From NCBI GenBank assembly GCA_030324005.1, contig JARDVH010000132.1, forward strand, positions 72,328,325 to 72,392,324: DNA of 64,000 nt. Reading direction: 5' to 3'. Made by a program: the position numbers and the translations under genes. How positions within the stretch are numbered: position 1 is the first letter of the stretch; the number at the start of each line of letters is the position of its first letter. Positions 1 through 11,600 of this stretch are shown here, piece after piece. The notes under the pieces are model-generated. The model had not been told where the DNA came from. It saw nothing but the letters and a program-made list of their open reading frames with translations, and ran no database searches. Source of the DNA: Negaprion brevirostris. Taxonomy: Eukaryota.

Positions 1-439
1 GAAGGAGGGCCTGGTCCAGGGGTGGGGTAGGAGGGTCTGCCAGGGGGGCCTGTCTCCCAGAGGGGTCCGATCGCAGCTCATCCTCTCCCCCACTCTCTCT
101 GTTGTTTTTGTCTTTCACGCCCGGGTGCGCTGTTTCAGATATTTTTCGAACTGCATATGCGCAGTTCAGAGCTCCGATCATTCTGGCAGCACTAAGCCCC
201 ACACATAGTGCGGACCGGATCGGAGCCGGCAGAAAGAATATGGGTGTGCTGGAACAAGGATTCCGGGTTTGTACAGCTGTGCTTATCTCAGTAAACCATG
301 AGGTAAACAATGTGATACTGAGGATTTTTCTTTATTTGTTCATGGGATATGTGTGCTGCTGGCTAGGCCACTGTTTATTGTCCATCCTTAAAAAGTGGAA
401 GGTAGTACAAACATTCAAAAGTGCCCTCCAATCAGATGC

Positions 440-1390
440 GAGAAAGATCTGTACAAACATACCCAGAGTGTTTTGATGAAATGGTCAGATGCGTGGAAGA
501 TTTTCAGCATCACGTTACCACCATCCCAGCGATGAGACCAGTAATTTATCCTTCATCTAAAGTGCTAATAAAACTGAAAGGAAAGCTTGAAGCTGAGCTC
601 CAACAGATGGAAAAAAAGTTATTGGCAGAGTCACAGAGCTCACAGGTTGGGTAAGTTCCATCATGGTAACAGAAGCCAAGTGGATGGTGAAGAATTTCCC
701 TGGATCTTGGAATGTGAAGTTTGATGAAGAATCTTCCTTTGGTCACTGCAAATTCCTGTATCTACCTGTTGGCCTTAAAGTTAGCCAGGATGTGTTCTAA
801 CAGAAAGATGGCAAGACATGCCAAGCTGTAAAAGGAGCAGTCAGCGTAGCTGATGATATTCAGACCAATGTTGTGGATCAAAAGAATGATGATCACCATC
901 TACATGAAGCCATGGGGAGAACCAGGAAAGCTGGAATCAAGCTAAAAGTTAGACAAAGGCATTATGAAAGTGGCAGAATGTAATTTCTCTGCAGTGATGT
1001 TCACACTTGATGGAGTCAGAGTGTTGAAAAAGTCACCTGTGAGATGGAAGTGGCAAAGGACAAGGATGAGTTGAGAACTTCTTTGACTTGATCCAGTACT
1101 TGTGTTATTTCACACAAGGACACACAGCAAACGTACAAGAGCTGATGAAAGAATATGTTGAGCAACAGTGGTCAAAGAGGAGTTCCAACAAACACAAGTA
1201 GTAGGAAAGGAGGAAAGTCTGTCATACTGCAAAAGAAAGAAACCTTTCACTCTATAAATAGATTCTCCTGCAAAAGGACTGGATGCTGCCTTGGTACAAG
1301 AGTGAAAACATTCACTCCAAATAGCATTCACTTCCAAAGGTTTAACCTCAGTTGACAGAGATACAACAAAATAGGAAGAGAGCTTTCGGC
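440..1390 (+). mobile_element. Decayed Ty3/Gypsy LTR retrotransposon pol (reverse transcriptase) fragment
   Basis: Broken frames give YPECFD..EDFQHHVT...PVIYP..KV.IKLKGKLEAELQQME, then LPVGLKVSQDVF* and GAVSVADDIQ (YxDD-type motif), as in K02A2.6-like Gypsy RT; many stops and frameshifts. Confidence 0.8.
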
Positions 1391-2577
1391 ATATGCAGCT
1401 GAGGGAGTGCCTTTCCTTAGTGTGGCTGGCCAGAAGATGGGAGTACTTGAAAACAAGAGCCTCAGCACAAAGGATGACTGTGAGTTACCTGGATGGAGTT
1501 CCACAGTAGAGTGAGCTGTCAGGTCACAGTCTGAAGGGCCTCACACTTGGGGGAGGATGACAACAGTGTGACTGGAACCCATACTTAGGTAGCAGTGTAT
1601 GGACAAAGGAGAGGTGCTGCCCAGAAGTCCAAAACCTGTGTGTAATGGTACACCTCAATGGATCACGAAAGGCTGCTCAGCTCTACACCTCTTGTGATGT
1701 GGGAGAAACAGGGTGCCCTCTNNNNNNNNNNNNNNNNNNNNNNNNNNNNNNNNNNNNNNNNNNNNNNNNNNNNNNNNNNNNNNNNNNNNNNNNNNNNNNN
1801 NNNNNNNNNNNNNNNNNNNNNACATGCTAATTGCTGGCATTGCATGATTCAGCTGTGCCTCATCTGCCACAAAAGGAAGACACTTGACTGAACAGCCACC
1901 CTGGTTTCCCCACACTGGCGATGGTGCAATTAAATGGTGTGCAGCCTTTTAGTGGAGGTTAACTGTTAAACCTTTGTAAGTCAATGTCCCAGCCATTGAG
2001 CTGACATTCCAAGTAAGGCTGGAACATCGCACAGATAACACTGATGTTCCTTCCTCTGCAAGGTGTGACAGTGACATCTACCATCACATGCCCCGGGGGG
2101 AGCGGGGATGGTGGGTGCATCAGCGAGATCACCCATAAGGATGCAAACACTGGTCACTTGACTGCCCTCTAACATGATGCTAGGTTTCTTTGAGGGGGTT
2201 TAAGTTTGCAGCTGTGTGGTGCCACTGAGACTATTATAAACTCTTGTAAATATCTAGGCCAACACCCATAAGACCCCTCCCCAACACATCAACAACCACC
2301 ACCACCACCACCGCCCCCCCCCCCCACAACCGATGGATTGCACCCTTCCCAACATGGGCCTAACCTGACTCCACCACCAAACTCTTAAAAGGTGGGGTTT
2401 TCTCCCATCTCACCACAAGAATCGATTGNNNNNNNNNNNNNNNNNNNNNNNNNNNNNNNNNNNNNNNNNNNNNNNNNNNNNNNNNNNNNNNNNNNNNNNN
2501 NNNNNNNNNNNNNNNNNNNNNNNNNNNNCTCACCACAAGAATCGATTGGGACCACGCTGGAAACTAGTGGGAACAAC

Positions 2578-3145
2578 AGGCAAATTATTTAAATCTGATT
2601 TTCACCTCATTTTAATGTGTTTAGCGGGCCCAAGACTGAATCTCCGGGCCTGATAGCATCTCCCACGCTGCCAGTTTCACTCCAGCAGGGTTCAGATTTG
2701 CCCTACGCTTTTGGGGAAGTAGCAGGAGACGTCGCTGGAGTGAAGGATGGGGGGACAATTGAGGTGCCAGGGGGTTGGGCAGCGTGGGCTGATGCCCCTG
2801 GGCATGGGCACCCTGGCAATGCCAGCCTGTGCACTCTCCCAAGGGGCAGTTAGGGGAGCTGGAGATGGGGGTAGGTAGAGGTCAGGACTGGCCAGTGATC
2901 GAGCTGGCGAGCAATCGGGAGAATGACAGATGGGGGCCACTGCACATGCACAGAGGCCTGGAATTGTCAGCTTCCATTTGAATAGGCCTCCACTCTTTGA
3001 GCTTTTAATGGTATTCATGACTGTGGCCTCTGCAGTGCACACAATGTGAGAGATTCGAGTGTGAAGTTGCAATGAAAAGACAATCGTGATTTACACCACT
3101 CTTCTGAGTTTAGCACTCAGAACATTTTTGGGAGAACCACGCCCA
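2578..3145. mobile_element. Non-autonomous DNA-transposon-like element (Harbinger-type end)
   Basis: GC-rich island ending gggagaaccacgccc, resembling the GGGC..ATT-type termini of other MITEs in this window; left end obscured by a gap. Confidence 0.45.
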
Positions 3146-3229
3146 GTATCTTATTGATGTAGGGCGCAAGTAGCGCAATTCTCAAGACCAGTTAAGTGTG
3201 CATTAAATTCTTCTAATTCCTGCAGGCCA

Positions 3230-4100
3230 TTTCCTTCAGATGCTAGTCGGAAGTTATGGCCCATCAATTTGTTGATGCATAGGCAAGAGGAAGTCTAGGC
3301 TTCAACAAGCATGCTAAATCTGTGCCTGAATGGCTGAAAGGTCAAACTGCATTTGCTGGAACCATTATTGAAAACTTGGAAGCAGCAAAATTTGTTGATG
3401 AAGCTGAGACTTCAAGGGCATTGGGACTGAAACAGATAAGAAAATGAGAAGTAACGAATTGATATTCGACCTACACTTGAGGTGGAAAAGCAGAAGGTGT
3501 CATCATTAGCACCAGCAACATCATTGATCAGAGAGAGAACATCAACAAGTAACATCAAGTACAACTCCTACAACACCAGGAACAAGACATCACCTATGCA
3601 GTGCTAACTCATCAAAGTGTGATGAATGCCAAGTCTGTAAGATGAGGGCACAACATCTTGCAACACAAGCAATACAGAGAATAACATTTTGAAAAAACAA
3701 AATAAACTAAAACAGACTCTAAAGGGATTCAGTTTAATTATAAAAGTCAATCTTTAGACTTCTTTAGTTAGATGATATTAAAAAGTTGATGATTTGAACA
3801 TTTAAATTAATGTACAGATATTATTTTGAAGGAAGGAAGGATGTTANNNNNNNNNNNNNNNNNNNNNNNNNNNNNNNNNNNNNNNNNNNNNNNNNNNNNN
3901 NNNNNNNNNNNNNNNNNNNNNNNNNNNNNNNNNNNNNNNNNNNNNNAGGAAGGATGTTATAGTGTTATATTATTCATCCAGAGCTAAGAACTGATTGCTA
4001 GGTTAATGCACATCTGGGGTGCCACATTTACTGGTGCAGGGGCAAGTGCTGAGCAACAATGTACAAGTCAATGGAGACTAACTTTACGTCTTTGGACAAA
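3230..4100 (+). mobile_element. Gypsy integrase C-terminal remnant, polypurine tract and start of 3' LTR
   Basis: 3290-3480 gives FNKHAKSVPE..KGQ and AAKFVDEAETSR fragments resembling the Gypsy integrase tail; purine run gaaggaaggaagga (3828-3841) is directly followed by TGTTA, the canonical PPT-TG junction. Confidence 0.55.
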
Positions 4101-4214
4101 GGGCAGGATTTCACATGTGATGGGGTCTACCCTCCTGCCGTTGAAAACGTTGCTGTGAATCCCTGCCGTGTTCTGAAGGGGGGGGGGGGGGGGGGCCCCC
4201 GGGTNNNNNNNNNN

Positions 4215-4256
<42 letters not shown>

Positions 4257-4592
4257 GTAGGCGTTTCTGGGATCTTTAATTAGAAAAAGGGGCCATGAAG
4301 AACACCCCCTCTTTTCCTTCAGATGCCAAGGCAGACTTACCTACTGGACTGCCTAACTGTCATCAGCCTCCTCCAATCAGTTGAGAAATTGTAACTGATT
4401 GTGAAGTACCCCTTAAGGGCCATTATTTGGCCATTTAAAGATCTCAATTAATACAAGGGAGAATGGATTATCCAAGGTCTCATCCACAGCTGGTTTTTAA
4501 GCAGGCAAATATGCTGCAAGGCGAAGCACCTACAGAATTTTATGGGCCCCTTACCTGCAAACCTGCCTACAGGGGATTTTAAAATTCTGCCC
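4101..4592. mobile_element. MITE with terminal inverted repeats
   Basis: Starts gggcaggattt; ends aaaattctgccc (reverse complement gggcagaatttt); no ORF. Confidence 0.65.
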
Positions 4593-4972
4593 AATGTCTC
4601 TAAGGGGGCAGCACGTTGATGAGGAAGAGGTAGGAGCCAAGGCCAGAATCATGAGGGAATCCAGAGATAACTTCTGGAGATAGGTCATGAGAAGCCATTA
4701 TTGGAGATGCTCTAGCATTGATTAAACAGGCAAGAGGGGAAAACAAGCAACTTGTACTGAATGCAATTGAAATTGTACACAAATAATTAATGTTTCAATT
4801 ACCAAAGTAGGGAGTTTTTAAAGCATTATATAAACATATATAGTTCGACATGTTTTATTATAGATTCCTTCTCTTCTGTGTTAGATCTTTTCACCTCTCA
4901 TTTTGTTTCTGAATATATAACAATGAACATTTACTTAGCCATAAGCACAACAGCACTAGTATAATACGATAC

Positions 4973-5503
4973 CTTTGCATGTGACTCCATCGCCAAAATA
5001 GCCAAAAGGGCACCGACCACATTTGAAACTTCCACCGAGAGTTGATTCACAAGGTACCCCAGAGAAACATGGTGAGTCTGCACATGTAACTATCTTTGGT
5101 TGAGGTGTCAGTTCATCCTCTATTAAAAGGCCTTCTGTAGTTACAGCCACACTGGAAGGCTGTGATTTTAGTACTGGCCTTCTTTGATTCAATGATGGAC
5201 CAAAGATTTTTGGAATTCCTCCTTCTCCTTTTATGTGGTCTCTCTCATCACTTGTTGCTTCTTCCTTGCTGCTTTCTCTTGCCCCTTTACTGTTTTCCAA
5301 GAATGTAGCGACTGGAAATTTTCTAGGTAAAAGTTGCCTGGATGGGATGGAAGGAAGCCAGACTGTAGGTCTATTGTCAGCAGTCTGATTTGCTGTAGTC
5401 CAATGAGGTACATGTGGCTTCCTGACAGTTGTCAATACAGTTGGTTCAATAGTTGTAGCAGTGACTCTCAACTTTGATCTGATAACACCAGATTTCTGAA
5501 GAT
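4973..5503 (-). CDS. VWDE: VWDE exon 14 of 14: Thr/Pro-rich stalk plus EGF-like repeat; gene continues below position 1
   Basis: attctacag|AT CTT CAG ... AAA G|gtatcg; (D)LQKSGVIRSKLRVTATTIEPTVLTT...TCADSPCFSGVPCESTLGGSFKCGRCPFGYFGDGVTCK; 531 nt, phase 1 to 1. Confidence 0.9.
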
Positions 5504-5940
5504 CTGTAGAATATCACAACTTTGTTTGTTATTATATCAAACTGTTTTGGTAAAGTCATCCACCATTTAAAAACAAGCAAGGGTCCAACAATCCAGAGGT
5601 TGCAACCTTCACACATACACAAAGCTGTACCCATTTGTGCATCCAATGCTGACTTAATTGGAGTTCATGGGGCATCTCCTTTGCATGGGCCAGAGGACAA
5701 CTGAGACTGGGAAAACCTAGTTGCATGGGTGTAGATGGGGAGAGGCTGCACGGGGAGGTGAGTCAGGGAGGAGGGGGATGTATGCAGCTGCAGGTTGGTG
5801 ATGGGCTTGATACACAGCAGACCTTATTCATCTCCAATGCAGACAGACTAGGCTTTGTTTTAACAAAAAGACACACCTATCCTTAAGCCAACTTGTTGCT
5901 CCTGGCCTGGACCTTACAAAAGAGCCCATTTATGCTCATT

Positions 5941-6890
5941 TAAGAACATAACAAATAGGAACAGGAGAAGACCATATGGTCCATTGAGTCTGTTCTGCCA
6001 TTCTATATGATCACGGCTGATCCTGGGTTTCAGCATCACTTATCCACCTGCTTCCCAAAACTCAGCTTTCCCTGAGGCACCAAGAATCTATTTCAGCCTC
6101 CTGTTTTCAGGCTAAATGCCCATGCCAGAGGGAAAATGAGTGTTTCCTGTTGGCGCTGGCAGCGTCAGTCAGGTGGAATTCACCCACCTGAAATGGGGCC
6201 ATCTCAGGGAACCCACAAACCAGCCCAGCTGTTCAGAGATTGGGAAGACATTTTTAAATGGCTTCCTGATCTTTGCGCTCAAAGACAGTCCCCGACNNNN
6301 NNNNNNNNNNNNNNNNNNNNNNNNNNNNNNNNNNNNNNNNNNNNNNNNNNNNNNNNNNNNNNNNNNNNNNNNNNNNNNNNNNNNNNNNNNNNNNNNAATT
6401 CCCTTACAACATGCCATTTGCTTTCATAACTAAATATTGTATCAGTGTGCTAACTTTTTGTTCCTTATAAGAGTACATCCATGTCTCTCCGAACACCAAC
6501 TTTTATGTGTTTCACACCTTTTAAAAATATTTTGCTTTTCTATTTTAACGACCAAAGTGAATCACCTCACATTACCCATCTGCCACCTTGTTACCTACTC
6601 ACTTAGCTTGTCTATCTCTTTGAAGTCTCATTATGTTGTTCTTACTGTTTGCATGTCCACGTAGATTTGTAGTCAGCAAACTTAGATATATTTCTGTCGT
6701 CTTTTTGTCTAATGGTTCCGAGTTCAGCATTGATCCTTGTGATATTCCACTAGTCACAGCCTTCCAACTTGAAAATGTCTCATTTGTCTGTACTCTTTTC
6801 TTTCTGTCCATTAACCAATCCTCTATCCACAGTAATGTATCACTCCAAGTCCACGAGCCCTTATATTGTGTATTAACCTTTTGCATGGGC
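5941..6890 (-). mobile_element. CR1 LINE fragments (3' tail and RT), interrupted
   Basis: 3' tail signature taagaacataac..ataggaacagga; minus ORF WIEDWLMDRKKRV....FSSWKAVTSGISQGSML is CR1 RT. Confidence 0.8.
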
Positions 6891-7260
6891 TTGTCCATCT
6901 AGATGGTAGTGGTCATGGGTTTGAAAAGTGCTGTTTAAGAAACTGCCACTGTTCGTCAGTGGTGGAGGAATTGAATGTTTGTAAAAGGGATAGCTACCAA
7001 ATAGCTGTTTTTGGATGTTGGAGCTGCACTCTTCCAGGAAAGTGGAGAGTATCCCATTTCACTCCTGACTTGTACCTTGAAGCGTCAGGAGGTAAGTTAC
7101 TCACCACAGGATTCCGAGTCTCTAACCTGCTCTAGCAACCACAGTATTTATATGGCTAGTCCAGTTCAGTTTCAGGTCAATGCTAACTCTAAGGATGCTG
7201 ATAGTGGAGGATTGGGGGATTCATTGATTATAATGCCATTGAATGTCAAGGGGTAAGATC
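6891..7260 (-). mobile_element. Fragment of second LINE family (CR1/L2 group), same family as 26050..27790
   Basis: Shares gtcaggaggt(a/g)agttactc...tct(a/g)acctgctct...cacagta..ta.atggctagtcca.ttcagtttc with 26465-26560. Confidence 0.7.
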
Positions 7261-8490
7261 CCTGGAGGTGAAGAAATTCTTAGGTGGCCACAAGCAATGA
7301 GTGCCCACCTGCTTCTTTTGGAAGGAATTCTTGTTTCAAAAGACTGCAGGTGTCAACAACAACTTGCCACAAAAACCTCATCGTCCTGAGACACCTTTGC
7401 TCTTGTCATATTGAGGAAGCTGATCTTTGTCTATAGACCTTGTGCTGGGAGTACTGCCTCCTTCAAATTGGAATTCTGTCCTCTCTGTCCTGTGGAATAG
7501 CACGAGGCTGCCAAGGAGGCAGCTATTATTGTTTTTCATAGTGTGATTGCTCTTGCTGCTCCTTATCAAGGATCCAGGTTACTGCTGAGCAAGTTGCCCC
7601 TCCACTGCAGTGAAGGCTGACAACAGTAAAGTTAAAGATGAGTATACTCCAAGGCACGCAGTTATTGATTTCAAGTTCTCAGAATTAATCCTCTAAGCAC
7701 AAGCATTTTACAATCTTAGCAATTTTAATTTTAAAAGTCTTCCCAGTGTACTTCACTCATATGTACTCATCACAGTTACCTTGTTGAAATGATACAAGCT
7801 CAGGGAATCCATACATTGGCTGCTAAAGCCAGTATTCAGGGTTAAAGTCAAAGTGAATTACCTGTTTTAATATTTCAATAACTTTCTTGACAGCTACACA
7901 AGGGTTCCCCAGTCAGCTCCAAATCCACTGGGGACAAGGTTGGAAGTAGACAGGATCATCTTGGGTTCCAAATTCAATGCCACTTTTTGGGGATTTAACC
8001 CCATGTTTGCAGTTAAGCCCACCTTGCTCAGGTCCTTAAAATTTGACAAATTACTTCATAAGAGCCAAAGGAACTCTTTTGCCATGCATGAGATATATTT
8101 AGACACATTGAAAGGAATAAAAAATGCTTGACTGTGGCCAATGGACGGAATGAAAGATAAATGCAATAAAATAATAAATATATTACAAAATTAAGTTTCC
8201 ATTCATGAGTGCTGAAAACAATGCTCCGTAAACTACACATACAAAGTTGCCATTATTTAAAATTACAGTTTATTTTTAAACACAAGTACGCTAGTGAAAC
8301 CTTCTCTCAATATACCAGTGTACATCTATGATGAATATAAAAACATTTACTGTTAAGTTGAAGTCACTTGATAAAGAGCTTGTTATTGTATGAAGCTGCC
8401 CTCCGCTGGCCAACAAAAAACAAGCACTTGGCAATATCTGTAGCTACAGTCAAACCTATCATGATAAAGTAATCTATTTAAAAACTCATT

Positions 8491-8626
8491 GGTCAGGACG
8501 TAATGGCCATTCGCACTGGCGGGATTTTCTCATCCCGCTGCAGTGAACGGAGATTTGGCAGGGTGCCAAATTCTCTGATCTTGCTGCAGTGGGGATGTGG
8601 CGTGAATGACTGGTAAAATCATGCCC
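8491..8626. mobile_element. Small palindromic MITE (PIF/Harbinger-like) with 3-bp TSD
   Basis: ggtcaggac... to ...aaaatcatgccc, internal inverted symmetry (ggagatttggc / gccaaattctc), flanked by ATT at 8488-8490 and 8627-8629. Confidence 0.6.
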
Positions 8627-11600
8627 ATTGTCTGAATGGGCTATCTGTGGAGTTAGCATTAGTTCATGAGGTGCATATTCTAAGCATACATGATATATCC
8701 TGGAAATGACAGTGAACAATATTATTGTCAAAGTGTTTATTTGGGACCATATCAAATTCCAGTCACTGCAACTTTAACTGAGGCATTAACTCAATCATTT
8801 TATGTGGGTTAACACTTGTTTAAATGTTTATGGAATGGTGGTCATATTGTAGAGGAGATTGAATAGTACCTGAATGATATAAGTGCACTGCACAGAGTTA
8901 TACAATCATACATGTTTCAGTACAACTGTCAACTTATCAGTTGCAGGCTACAATGACAGCATCAGTATATGCTTTTTTTGTTAATAAGTTTGTCATTTAG
9001 TTCGAGGCCCATTTCCACGTGCCAGTGGAATGAGGCTCACAGGCAATAGCAAAAATAGTTCTCAAAGTGAAAGGTCTCAAAGTGGTTGTTTTTTTCCCCT
9101 ACTACTTGCTTTTAATGTCCAAATAACATAATAAATCATTCATATGAAGAATTATAGATAACCTTAGCCTTATCCTAAAGACAGATATATTCTTCCTAAC
9201 CTCTTTCCACAGGTGACACTATGTTGACTGTCTCAGTTACAACCTATCATGACTCAACAACCAAGTGCTTCTGAGGGGATGCCATTATTGACATAAATGA
9301 TGTGCTGCATTACACCTTCCATTTAATGTTGACAGCAGCACCATTAAATCACATCAATATCCAAGCAGAATGCGTTTTGCTTCATTTGCACGTAAGATTT
9401 TTCATACGGTTGGGAATGAGCAACCTTCTCAACTCAAAGCAGGAAAGTGATCATCTGTAACTTAAGAAACAGCTATGCTGCACTATTACAAATGTGATTC
9501 ATTTGGCTACCTGAATTAAAGAATCATATAGTATAGAAGGAGTCTAAGCTGGCTCTTTGAAAGAGCTGCCAGTGCTAGCAAGATATAAATGGAATAAAAT
9601 CTCATGTTAGAATGGTCAAGTAATATAAATAACACATTTAACACAACTTTGTCATGAATTGTACAATTTCTAAGCCTCAGCCATAAAAACTCCATAAAAG
9701 CAAAACAGTAGATGTTGGAAACATAAAAACTATTTGGTTTCATTGGTCTCAATTTTGAGATTCCAATGAGACTGCCCATCATCCATTGGTGAGGAAGGGG
9801 GAACCGCTGCCATTCTGCAACAGTGCTGGGGTGGCGGAGGGATAGGTGGCAATCGGTCTAAGTGGTGGGGGGGTCTGATCAGCCACGTAAGCTTGCTATA
9901 GCTTGGGGGGTGCAATGGCAGGTCTCTGTGCTCCCTGCTACTATCAGCCAGCTTTTAGGCGATCGAGGCTCCACCTATGGAAACCAAATTTGGCTTGATT
10001 TTATTGATAATGTCAGATTTGATTTTTAAGTCAGTCACAAAACAGTGCAGATCTCTCCCATTTTCATGCTCATTCATAACTTAGGATTTTTTGGTAAGAT
10101 TTTCCAATTATGTTTGTTGTCATTACTCTATTTTTAATGAGTGTAACGCTGGAAAGCAGATGTTCACATCAATTCAGTGAGTTCAAGTTAATTTCCATCT
10201 GTGACACTTTCAATTGTGTACCCCATGGAGGAATGGGAAATAACTTCTTGCATTTACACATGTGCAATTAAATGCTGAAATTCAAAAAATGCTATCAGTG
10301 ATATCCTACTGCTTCACGCATCGAGCTGTCAAAATTCTTGAAATTAATTGAAAATCTCTGAAATTTGATAGACTACTATTTTAATACTCTCATTCTCACT
10401 GAAAGAGACTTGGTAAAAGCTACATCTTGTTGAATGAAGTGTAACTGGGCTTTTAACAGCACGGTAAATCACAATTACTGCTAAACAGCATCTCTGGCTC
10501 TGAGAATTGGTTTTACACTTATGCAATGATAATTTCATTGATTTTTGTTTTAAGTTTGTTTAAGATCCTCCATTTTCTACCATAATCCCATGCACATATC
10601 TGAAACTTTATTTTGCTTGAAGTAAAATTATGAAAAATTAATATTATATCCTCCGTGTAACTTCCTGGTTTGCTGTAGGTAAGGGTAGGGGGATGAATAG
10701 TTTGGATGCTTCCATGCTCGAGTAGTTTTTTTTCTGGTGCTTGAAGAGTCAGTTTGACCCTAATCAGCCGTTTTGGACTACTAATAACTGCATCAATTTA
10801 AATAACTTTTCTTGTAATCTGAATGAATTTAAGTGTACATTCATTATGAACACAGAATTACTTCATAGCTGACAGACACATTAATCAAGAAATTTATTAA
10901 TTCAATGAAACTTTATAGGTATTATACATGTTGTGCTGTTGGATTGTGAAAATCCTACCTAGCTCTACATCCTAATAGTATATTTTATTTATCTATTATA
11001 AAGAAATAACCTGCATTTTTACAGCATCTGTCACATCCTTAGAATATGCCTTGCACTTTGCAGGCAATGAAGTATATTTGAAATGTGGCCACTTGTGTAA
11101 TGTAGGAAAACATTATGTGTTACGGTGCCAGGATTTGAACAAAGCAAAGGATTTAAAAATCTATTGCTGTTCAGGCATATTCATGTCACAAATTTGGTAG
11201 GAATAGCTGCATTATCGCCTAGGACCTGGCACATATGGGTTCCAGTGTCATGTCAAAGTTGGAAGTAGAATCTTTCTGTGTATTTATATCTAAATATCAA
11301 ATGTGGCCATTGTTGAAAGGTGGTTGGGGACTTGAACATTAATGGCCTAGATAAACTCTCTGATCCAGGGATGGATGTGTAAACCGCCTGGGAATGCACG
11401 ACAGTGGGGAGCAGGAAAATAATTTTCCCAGCGCAAAGCAGTTAACCTCTTCATATCCATCCCATCCCTCGAACCCTTCTCTGCCAGACTTTCCGGCTTT
11501 GCTACTGATGCAGGCTCTTGCAATCACAGGCTACGTCAATGGGATCAATTTCTTTAAAAATGACGTACTTTTAAAAACATTCTTACAAAGGTATTTGGTC

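Noticed and set aside
1400-2200. Possible additional Harbinger transposase remnant
   Set aside because: Only faint motif hints (GFP..GAI); not supportable without a profile search.
4178-4254. Poly-G/poly-C inverted structure or polyproline ORF
   Set aside because: Homopolymers flank a 9-N gap and are likely low-quality sequence or an assembly artefact.
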